A stretch of 23,565 bases of DNA from Caecitellus pseudoparvulus (Eukaryota > Protista > Bigyra: Bicosoecida): NCBI GenBank assembly GCA_965644315.1, contig CBFFRQ010000135.1, positions 1 through 23,565 on the forward strand, read 5' to 3'. The notes beneath the pieces are model-generated. The model saw only the letters and a list, made by a program, of their open reading frames with translations. It had not been told where the DNA came from and made no database searches. The translations under genes and the position numbers were made by a program. Positions 1 to 8,199 of this stretch are shown here, one piece after another (the first letter of the stretch is position 1; every line of letters begins with the position of its first letter).

Positions 1-1261
1 AACCCTAACCCTAACCCTAACCCTAACCCTAACCCTAACCCTAACCCTAACCCTAACCCTAACCCTAACCCTAACCCTAACCCTAACCCTAACCCTAACC
101 CTAACCCTAACCCTAACCCTAACCCTAACCCTAACCCTAACCCTAACCCTAACCCTAACCCTAACCCTAACCCTAACCCTAACCCTAACCCTAACCCTAA
201 CCCTAACCCTAACCCTAACCCTAACCCTAACCCTAACCCTAACCCTAACCCTAACCCTAACCCTAACCCTAACCCTAACCCTAACCCTAACCCTAACCCT
301 AACCCTAACCCTAACCCTAACCCTAACCCTAACCCTAACCCTAACCCTAACCCTAACCCTAACCCTAACCCTAACCCTAACCCTAACCCTAACCCTAACC
401 CTAACCCTAACCCTAACCCTAACCCTAACCCTAACCCTAACCCTAACCCTAACCCTAACCCTAACCCTAACCCTAACCCTAACCCTAACCCTAACCCTAA
501 CCCTAACCCTAACCCTAACCCTAACCCTAACCCTAACCCTAACCCTAACCCTAACCCTAACCCTAACCCTAACCCTAACCCTAACCCTAACCCTAACCCT
601 AACCCTAACCCTAACCCTAACCCTAACCCTAACCCTAACCCTAACCCTAACCCTAACCCTAACCCTAACCCTAACCCTAACCCTAACCCTAACCCTAACC
701 CTAACCCTAACCCTAACCCTAACCCTAACCCTAACCCTAACCCTAACCCTAACCCTAACCCTAACCCTAACCCTAACCCTAACCCTAACCCTAACCCTAA
801 CCCTAACCCTAACCCTAACCCTAACCCTAACCCTAACCCTAACCCTAACCCTAACCCTAACCCTAACCCTAACCCTAACCCTAACCCTAACCCTAACCCT
901 AACCCTAACCCTAACCCTAACCCTAACCCTAACCCTAACCCTAACCCTAACCCTAACCCTAACCCTAACCCTAACCCTAACCCTAACCCTAACCCTAACC
1001 CTAACCCTAACCCTAACCCTAACCCTAACCCTAACCCTAACCCTAACCCTAACCCTAACCCTAACCCTAACCCTAACCCTAACCCTAACCCTAACCCTAA
1101 CCCTAACCCTAACCCTAACCCTAACCCTAACCCTAACCCTAACCCTAACCCTAACCCTAACCCTAACCCTAACCCTAACCCTAACCCTAACCCTAACCCT
1201 AACCCTAACCCTAACCCCTAACCCTAACCCTAACCCTAACCCTAACCCTAACCCCTAACCC
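1..1261. repeat. Terminal telomere, (CCCTAA)n on + strand / (TTAGGG)n on - strand, about 210 units
   Basis: Hexamer array from base 1. Two CCCCTAA variants at ~1215-1221 and ~1252-1258, near the proximal edge. C-rich strand on + fits a left chromosome end. Confidence 0.98.
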
Positions 1262-1272
1262 AAAACTTTCCA

Positions 1273-1460
1273 AATGTCAAGCTAATCACAAGTTGTGAAG
1301 TGCTAACATTGCCTAATCCAGGCGCTCGTGCACCCAAGTGTGGTGTTGCACAGTGCTTGCTGGTTGGGTGGTGCGCACCGGGGCGGGGTAGTGCGAATTC
1401 CGCACACCATCGCACCGTGGCTCCCAGTTTGCGCCCTCGGTCGGGGCATGCACCTGGGAT
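1273..1460 (+). promoter_or_regulatory. Conserved 5' leader of element A (candidate internal promoter or structured RNA)
   Basis: 55 bp identical to element B (1301-1355 = 4244-4298). Shared hairpin GTGCG-AATTC-CGCAC (1391-1405) and shared TGCACCTG(T)GGAT-like motif (1449-1460). Confidence 0.6.
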
Positions 1461-1489
1461 CGACATCAAAAGCATCATTGACAAGCATC

Positions 1490-3574
1490 ATGAACGCCCA
1501 AGTGGATCAAGTCCTGGGGGTCCTCTTCGTGGAGGGGTGCCTGAAGCGCAAGCAAGTGCTCGGCCCCAGAACAGGTGTCTTCACTGACATGCCACGTCGG
1601 GGTGCCGCACGCACCTTCGAGCTTGGAGGACCCCTGCCCAAGACTGATCATGATAGTTCATCTTCGGCACGGGACATGTGGCTCGAGGTCTATGGGGAAG
1701 CCGCCGAACGGCTGATCCCAGGGCTGAGTGCGGAATTCGGCAACGCCAATGCGGCCCTGCGCCAGGGACCCACCGGATCGCCAACCATCCTCGTCACGCT
1801 CGGAAGTGAGGGTGATTCACCAACAGTGGCACGTCAACTTCGCATTCTTGCTGCTCAAGAGGACGACTTCGCCATTCGAGTCGGCCAAGGTGGGTTCGTC
1901 GCCGTGGCCTACACCAACACCAAGCAGTTCGCATCGGCGAAGGCGAAAGTGAAGGTGAAGGCCCACCCCACCGCCATCCAAGTGGCCCACCAAGTGACCA
2001 AGGAAGCAACCGAAATCGCCTGCCAGTCAGGTGATGTTGCCAAGGTCATGTGCCTCGTTAGGTCCCACTTCGACCATGGCCCCGTGCCAGCCCAAGCCGT
2101 CCGTCCCAGTGTCAGACAATCCGTCCCCTCCGAGGGTGATGCACCTGTCGACACCAAGACACCATCGACCTGGACTGACACTCAGCTCGACAAGGCACCG
2201 AAGAAGAAGAAGACCCGTCGAGGCAAGCGAGGAAAGGGCAAGTCAGCCGGACGATCCCTCACCTTCGAGGACGTCTTCATCAAGAACGTCCGGCCACCTG
2301 CACCTCGACCAACCTCACCACCTGCCACCCAAGGCTCACCCAAAGATACCGTCACCACCCCTGTGGTGCATGCCATGTTGCCTTCATCAAGGGTGCAGCG
2401 GGGCGTCGACCGCAAGTGGCCGTCCCCCACCCCGTCGGGCGAGGCAAGCCCCGAGGTGCACCGGTATCGGCCGTCTGCAGCAGCAGCATGGGAGGTGATC
2501 ACAAGGGTGGTGCCTCTTCATGACAGTGTGCGGACACCCGAGCACCTGGCCGAGTACCCCATCAAGCCTGGCCCTCTGGCCGACCTGCTGTCATCGACCC
2601 ACGTGTACTCTAACGTGGGGGGGCGGGCCTGTGTCCAGGCCTGTCTCGAGACGGCAGCAGGGGAGAGGGTCTTCGAGGCTGGGGACCTCCTCCTACTCCA
2701 GCATGCAGCCACCATCAACGCTGCCCAGCTTGCCTTCAAGCACATGGTCAGGCAGCTGGAGGGGGTGGTCAGTGACTCGTCCAGCTCGGACATCATGGAC
2801 GTCGGCCAGAAGCCACCCTCCCCCTTCCGCTCAGACGGGCAACGGGTGGCCGTCTTCCGCAACATGCTGCACCAGCACTCGCCGGATGACACCTTCCTGG
2901 CCCCAGGTACACCACCAGTCCTGCTTCCCGGCCTGCACCTGCTCATCGACCGCATCAACCAAGGGTACCGTGCCCCAGCCGGGCATGATGACCTTGGCCA
3001 GGCCGGCGTCGACCCCAGCCAGGTTGATGAAGAGGGTGACCAAGAGGGGCACCTCGACGGAGTGCTGTATGCCTTCGCACTTCGAGAGGTGTGGACCGAC
3101 AACACGGCCCATCTGCAGCTCATCCTCGTCGACCATGATCGAGGCAAGCTGGTGCTGTGGAACCCCGACATCCCTGACCTCCATGACGAGCTGCCCCTGC
3201 ACAAGTGCATGACCCGGCTGGCAGCCGAAGGCATCAACGTCTTGTACCGGATCTGGACCACACCCGAGGCGGGCAGTCCAGCACCCTTCCGGGACAGGCT
3301 TCGAGGGGCACTCCAGTCTCTCCGAGATGACTTCCCCCCCCTGCCTCACAAGGCCACCGACGGCACCGTGCACCCCCAGACCCTCATCGCTGGCAAGGGC
3401 ACAAGGGTGGCCATGCCTCATGGGCGGATGACCCGACAGCAGGCCGCCACCCTGGAGGCTGAGGTCAAGGACCCCCTCAAGCGGCTGGTGCCTGAAGACG
3501 GCGAGGGTCGCCTGCCCAAGGTCAAGGATGTGCCCCACATCTCGATCGGGCAGATGGGTGGACGCCTGATGTAA
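1490..3574 (+). CDS. Element A protein (694 aa): unknown N-terminal domain, basic/Pro-rich linker, Josephin-like cysteine protease domain
   Basis: ATG at 1490 (MNAQVDQVLGVLFV) aligns with ATG 4429 of element B (MEAKTSQVLGALFV). Shared blocks include GPRTGxFTDMPRRGAARTFELGG, CVQACLETAAG, PPVLLPGLH, DHDRGxLVLWNPD and ELPxHKCM. The ORF-track start at 1328 is a GTG inside the leader. Confidence 0.88.
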   Translation: MNAQVDQVLGVLFVEGCLKRKQVLGPRTGVFTDMPRRGAARTFELGGPLPKTDHDSSSSARDMWLEVYGEAAERLIPGLSAEFGNANAALRQGPTGSPTILVTLGSEGDSPTVARQLRILAAQEDDFAIRVGQGGFVAVAYTNTKQFASAKAKVKVKAHPTAIQVAHQVTKEATEIACQSGDVAKVMCLVRSHFDHGPVPAQAVRPSVRQSVPSEGDAPVDTKTPSTWTDTQLDKAPKKKKTRRGKRGKGKSAGRSLTFEDVFIKNVRPPAPRPTSPPATQGSPKDTVTTPVVHAMLPSSRVQRGVDRKWPSPTPSGEASPEVHRYRPSAAAAWEVITRVVPLHDSVRTPEHLAEYPIKPGPLADLLSSTHVYSNVGGRACVQACLETAAGERVFEAGDLLLLQHAATINAAQLAFKHMVRQLEGVVSDSSSSDIMDVGQKPPSPFRSDGQRVAVFRNMLHQHSPDDTFLAPGTPPVLLPGLHLLIDRINQGYRAPAGHDDLGQAGVDPSQVDEEGDQEGHLDGVLYAFALREVWTDNTAHLQLILVDHDRGKLVLWNPDIPDLHDELPLHKCMTRLAAEGINVLYRIWTTPEAGSPAPFRDRLRGALQSLRDDFPPLPHKATDGTVHPQTLIAGKGTRVAMPHGRMTRQQAATLEAEVKDPLKRLVPEDGEGRLPKVKDVPHISIGQMGGRLM

Positions 3575-4014
3575 GTCACCTGTGGGGGCATACTCCCTGT
3601 GCCACACATGACTGAAGCTTTGTGTCGCGACCGACGCACATAGCTGACATCGGACATTGGAAAGTCCAACCCAACCTCACCATCACCAACCCAACATCGA
3701 TACCAACACATCAGGACTCGGCTCAGTGGAAGGGGAAGGCACTTGCAGCAAGATCTGTGAGGCCGCCCCCAAACCTGAGCCGAAGGGACAGCCGGGCTGG
3801 GTCGTGTGCTTGCATCTCAGCAACACCCAGTCCGTGTCGAGTCCATATCCTCCAGCCCACACCGCCACCCAAGCCAAGCAAGTCGGGTCTCCACCCCTGG
3901 ACATCGGACCGAGACGGACGAGACTGGACTGGACGGACAAGACAAGAGTGGACCGAGACCTGGACCTACACCTCAAGACCATCCCACCGGGGCGGGCGCT
4001 GAAGCGCCAAGACA

Positions 4015-4189
4015 GACGGCGACTTATACAACGGACACGAGTCTGTGCTAGTCGCAAAGCCGTGCAAGCGGTGCCGTCGTGGTGTCTGTGTCACTGCATT
4101 CTGTTGTGGCGCAGGTGGCACCACATGTCCAAGCCCAAGCTGTACCATGATGTAGCCTGCATGGAGGCAATCTGCAATGCATTGAGTAG
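4015..4189 (+). other. Conserved structured 3' terminus of element A
   Basis: Stems GACGGC/GCCGTC, ACGGAC-acga-GTCTGT, GCCGT-GCAA-GCGGT and GTGGTGTC/GGCACCAC. Motifs ATACAACGGAC, GCCCAAGCTGTA and TGCAATGCATT are shared with element B. Confidence 0.7.
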
Positions 4190-4217
4190 CTAACCCTAAC
4201 CCTAACCCTAACCCTAA
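4190..4217. repeat. Short interstitial telomeric tract C(TAACCC)4TAA separating elements A and B
   Basis: Read directly from the sequence; same orientation as the terminal telomere. Confidence 0.97.
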
Positions 4218-4403
4218 TGTCAACCTAATCATAGGTTGTGCATTGCTAACATTGCCTAATCCAGGCGCTCGTGCACCCAAGTGTGGTGTTGCACAGTGTT
4301 TGGGTTGGCAGTGCAGCGCGCGGGTGGCAGCTGTGCGAATTCCGCACGCCATCACACCAGCGCAAGCAGTGTGCACTCCCCGCGGGAGTCTGCACCTGTG
4401 GAT
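4216..4403 (+). promoter_or_regulatory. Conserved 5' leader of element B
   Basis: Homologous to 1273-1460. Hairpins CAACCTA-atca-TAGGTTG (4221-4238) and GTGCG-AATTC-CGCAC (4333-4347). Confidence 0.6.
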
Positions 4404-4428
4404 ACCTGCATCACGTTCCATCATCACC

Positions 4429-7400
4429 ATGGAAGCCAAGACAAGTCAAGTACTGGGTGCGCTCTTCGTGGATAAGTGCATTGCTGCGCGAGCAATGCGT
4501 GGACCAAGAACGGGCGGATTTACTGACATGCCGCGCCGAGGCGCTGCACGAACGTTTGAGCTTGGCGGAGTGCCCATCGACGAAGACCCTTCAACATCTT
4601 CATCAACAATCCGAGATTCCTGGCTTCAAGTCTTTGGTGAGGCGGCGGAGGCCCAGTTCCCTGGCATCTGTGCGGAAGTTGGGCGTGGTGCAGCGGCGTT
4701 GCGCCGCCCACAAGGAACCCCAGCTGCCCTGCTAGTCTCGCTTGGCGGAGGAAGTGCCAGCGCAGAGCTGGCACGGAGCATACGCGAAGCAGCAGCACGT
4801 GAGGACGACTTCACTGTGCGCCTTGGACGAGGTGGCTTCATGGCTGTGGTGTTTCCAGACACACGCCAGTTCGCCAACGCCAAGGCCAAGGTGCAGGTGA
4901 CTGCCTCGGCCCCAGTGCTCAAGGCGGCCCACCTCCTGATGCCCCAAGCCACGAAGATTGCTGTTGAGACAGGTGACGTAAGCTCAGTCGTGAAGCTCGT
5001 CAAGTCCCATCTTCATGGCCACTCGCCGCCTGCTCGTCAAGACCGCCACTTCGTCCGACATTCCGTCCCCGTCAAGGGCGACGCCGCTGTCGACAAAGTG
5101 AACCGGCCTGCTCCACCCAAGCCTGCCCACACTGCTCATCATGTGCCAGGCAAGCGCAAGAAGGTACGCCGAGGACAGCGCTCGAAGTCTTCGAAGCCAT
5201 CCAATGTCGTGCCAGGACGAACGTTCGCTGACCTCTTCAAGACTCCCCCGTCCGAGCCCTCAGCAAGCCGACGCCCCTTCCGTACAGTGATGCCTGCCCC
5301 CACCACTTCACCGCGACCCACGACGGAGGTTGTCCTTCCATCCTCTCGGGTGCGCACTGGGGCTAGCACGCGATGGGACCAACCGCCAACTGCTGAGCAA
5401 GACTCAAAGCAACAACACCATGCCCAGTCAGCAGCCCAACCCGCTCAGGCACCCAGCACTGAAACGGCCAGGACTTTGTTTGTTGGTGCAGACAAGCCAA
5501 GTGTCAAGTCTGAACCGCAGGCATGCGACACGTTGGACATGCCAGACTCATCACCACCCTCCCCAGGAATCGTTGAAGTCGTTCGGATGGAAGACTGCAG
5601 CAGGCTCCCAGCGGATCTCCCAAGACACAGAATCCCAACTGGGTCCCCGCTGGAACGCCTCCTTGCATCAAGCACAGTAGCTGGCAACCTTTCCGAGCGC
5701 CACTGTGTGCAAGCATGTCTGGAAACTGCAGCGGGTGCTCAGGTGCTGGAGCCCGAGGATCTTCTCCTCCTCCAACACGCAGCCACAGTGGAAGCAGCGC
5801 AACGCGCATTCAAAACCCTGCGCAAGCGAGAGGCTGCAGCCCTGTCTGACTCGTCCAGCTCGGATGTCCAGTGCCTGGCGCCGACTAGAGGCGTGGCCTC
5901 TTCGGATCCCGAGGACCAGCTAGCAGCATTGGCCCGACTGCTGTACCGGTTCACTCCGGATGACTCGCTGCTGCAGCCCACGTCTCCCCCAGTGCTTCTG
6001 CCAGGTCTCCACATGCTGCTGAACCGTATCAATGTTGGGCATGAAGACCTGCATGGCGGGAACAAGCACCATGGCGGTGTGAGTCCACAAGCGGTTGTGG
6101 ACGAGGACGAGCAAGAGCGGTACTTCCATGGCGTCCACTTCGCCTTTGCTCTCCACCGGCCCCAACAAGTCCACGCTGCCCACCTGACTCTCATACTGGC
6201 TGACCATGACCGTGGAGTCCTTGTCCTATGGAACCCAGACACACCTGATGCATGCACTGAGCTGCCCATGCACAAGTGTATGCAGAGACTCTACGATGAC
6301 GCAGTGGACATGGTGTACAGAGTGTCGGCAACCCCCCACACCGGGAACCCAGTCCCTCTTTGTGACAGGATCCGAGACATATTCCACAGTCTGCGCCAGT
6401 CCTTCCCTCCCCTTCCCTTTGTGGACCACGAGGGGGCTGTCCACCTCAAGACGTTCATCGCGGGGAAGTCTACCAGGGTCACCATTCAAGCAGGCCGGCT
6501 CACTCGAGCACAGGCCTCTGCAGCAAGTGAGGCAAAGGAGCGCGACCCTCTGTTCCAACTCATTCCATCAGACGAGGATGCCATGCCCCCGAGGTGGGAG
6601 CAGAGTCCGTACACACCAGTGGGAAAGTCCAGCAGCATCCCAGTGTCGCTCGTGTCATGGAATGTTGCTGGGTCGTGTGGCCGCAACCTGCACAAGGTTC
6701 TCATCTGCGCCCAGTCTGTGTGCCTCCGTTCATCCAGACTGGTCCTCTGCCTCACGGAACCTGGTGGCCACGGCACACTTGACTCGGAAGTCATGGGGCT
6801 CCAATGTTTCAGGCCCTCCCCCCCAGATCGTCCACCCGGTCGCAGTGAAGTTGCGCTTCTGGTCGACCGTCGTCTACGCGCCACGCAGATAGTCAACCTT
6901 GGACTCGATGGGCGCTGTGTGGTCGCCTGCTCCATCCCCATGAAGCCAAGGCCCCTTGCTGTTATCGCGGCCTACGTGCCCAACTGGCACACGGCCCAGC
7001 GGAAGAAGCCACTTGCAGACCCAGACACTAAGCTGCCCCACCGCCAAGAGGTCTGGGAGCAGCTGGCCAACGCTGTAAAAAGTCTGCGAACCACGCATAT
7101 GATCTCCCTCATGGGGGACCTCAACTGCCATCCTGGTGATGGCGGACTTCCTGCTTGGGACGCAACATGCTGGCAGAACCGGACCGATGTCGCTGACCCC
7201 ATCCCAGATGTCAAGGAGCTCGCAATCGTGTGCGAGCATGGTAACCTCGAGCCAGCCGGGCTCGCCGGGTGCTCCACCCATGCCACGAACGGCAGAGCCC
7301 TGGACCACATCCTTGTCTGCCCACTGCTCAAGGCCCAGGTCAAGGTGCCACACACAGTGACGACAACCTTCTCCAGTGCAGGCAAGCAGAATCCGGAGAA

Positions 7401-8199
7401 GTCGATCCTGAGTGACCACTACCTCCTGTCAGCAACAGTCCAAGTTGTGATCCCTCCACGGCCAAAGGGTGCCCGGCATGCCCACTCTTCCTTCTCTGTG
7501 CCGCCATGGTGGGCATCATCTACACGTGAAGGGCGCAGGGCACAGACCTTGCACAGGCGGCTGCTTGACTCATCCATCACTGGTGCCGCATCCCCCCCAC
7601 CCGGCCAAGCTGCAGACACCCTGCTGTCAGGCCTGGATGATTTGGTTGCCGACGCTGCCCGACAAGCCCATGCCAAGTGCAAAGTTGTGGCACCCCCGCT
7701 GCTTCAGGCCCTTGCCGACATTCGCACCCTCAGCTCTGTCAAGAAGCGGATGACAGTGAGGACAGGGCGGATCAAGAAGCAACTCCGCAAGCTTCATCGA
7801 CGCCGGCACCTTCTTCAGCATAGCCAGTCACCCCATGCCCCAGCTGACCTACGTTGTGCGGATGAACGAAAGCACATGCTCATGGAGGACCTTGCTGCCA
7901 CCCATGTTGAAAGGAAGAAGGCGATGCGCAAGTGTACTCGGCTGGTTGCCAAGAAACACAAGGCCGCCATGTTCCAAGTCCAGCAGCGCATCCGGGACCT
8001 TGCCCGGCTTGACCCCTTCACTGCTCACCTGCATGTGCGGAAGCTGTCCGGCAGAAGGAGGAAGGGCACTTCGTCGTCCATCCAGTCAGTCATGGACGAC
8101 AGCGGCACCCTCATCACAGACCCATCACAAGTGCGGGCTGTGGTCAGGGACCAGATGGCCCAGATCATCAGCCCCCTCCACGGCAAGTCGTGTCCCTGA
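4429..8199 (+). CDS. Element B 5' ORF (1256 aa): unknown N-terminal domain, Josephin-like protease, APE-type endonuclease, helical linker
   Basis: APE/EEP motifs in canonical order: SWNVAG, LCLTEP, VALLV, AAYVPN, GDLN, LDHILV, SDH. The C-terminus IQSVMDDSGTLITDPSQVRAVV resembles the LINE pre-RT linker motif. ATG is in context ACCATGG. Confidence 0.92.
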   Translation: MEAKTSQVLGALFVDKCIAARAMRGPRTGGFTDMPRRGAARTFELGGVPIDEDPSTSSSTIRDSWLQVFGEAAEAQFPGICAEVGRGAAALRRPQGTPAALLVSLGGGSASAELARSIREAAAREDDFTVRLGRGGFMAVVFPDTRQFANAKAKVQVTASAPVLKAAHLLMPQATKIAVETGDVSSVVKLVKSHLHGHSPPARQDRHFVRHSVPVKGDAAVDKVNRPAPPKPAHTAHHVPGKRKKVRRGQRSKSSKPSNVVPGRTFADLFKTPPSEPSASRRPFRTVMPAPTTSPRPTTEVVLPSSRVRTGASTRWDQPPTAEQDSKQQHHAQSAAQPAQAPSTETARTLFVGADKPSVKSEPQACDTLDMPDSSPPSPGIVEVVRMEDCSRLPADLPRHRIPTGSPLERLLASSTVAGNLSERHCVQACLETAAGAQVLEPEDLLLLQHAATVEAAQRAFKTLRKREAAALSDSSSSDVQCLAPTRGVASSDPEDQLAALARLLYRFTPDDSLLQPTSPPVLLPGLHMLLNRINVGHEDLHGGNKHHGGVSPQAVVDEDEQERYFHGVHFAFALHRPQQVHAAHLTLILADHDRGVLVLWNPDTPDACTELPMHKCMQRLYDDAVDMVYRVSATPHTGNPVPLCDRIRDIFHSLRQSFPPLPFVDHEGAVHLKTFIAGKSTRVTIQAGRLTRAQASAASEAKERDPLFQLIPSDEDAMPPRWEQSPYTPVGKSSSIPVSLVSWNVAGSCGRNLHKVLICAQSVCLRSSRLVLCLTEPGGHGTLDSEVMGLQCFRPSPPDRPPGRSEVALLVDRRLRATQIVNLGLDGRCVVACSIPMKPRPLAVIAAYVPNWHTAQRKKPLADPDTKLPHRQEVWEQLANAVKSLRTTHMISLMGDLNCHPGDGGLPAWDATCWQNRTDVADPIPDVKELAIVCEHGNLEPAGLAGCSTHATNGRALDHILVCPLLKAQVKVPHTVTTTFSSAGKQNPEKSILSDHYLLSATVQVVIPPRPKGARHAHSSFSVPPWWASSTREGRRAQTLHRRLLDSSITGAASPPPGQAADTLLSGLDDLVADAARQAHAKCKVVAPPLLQALADIRTLSSVKKRMTVRTGRIKKQLRKLHRRRHLLQHSQSPHAPADLRCADERKHMLMEDLAATHVERKKAMRKCTRLVAKKHKAAMFQVQQRIRDLARLDPFTAHLHVRKLSGRRRKGTSSSIQSVMDDSGTLITDPSQVRAVVRDQMAQIISPLHGKSCP
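6643..7440 (+). other. APE-like (EEP family) endonuclease domain
   Basis: N (6661, WN), E (LTE), Y (AYVP), D and N (GDLN, 7117), D (LDH), D and H (SDH, 7414-7419) are all present. Confidence 0.92.

Larger units (their letters stand above)
1262..4189 (+). mobile_element. Element A: non-autonomous telomere-associated retroelement (single ORF, no endonuclease or RT)
   Basis: Bounded by telomeric repeats on both sides. Its 5' leader, ORF and 3' terminal ~250 bp are homologous to the RT-encoding element at 4218-11966. It ends ...TGCAATGCATTGAGTAG|CTAACCC. Confidence 0.85.

Noticed and set aside
3622-4193. ORFs of 126-178 aa in the element A 3' region
   Set aside because: Non-ATG starts, no similarity to B's APE or RT, and overlap with the conserved RNA structure. 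Treated as UTR.
4190-4217. Target-site duplication around element B
   Set aside because: Both flanks are telomeric repeat, so a TSD cannot be distinguished from the target itself.
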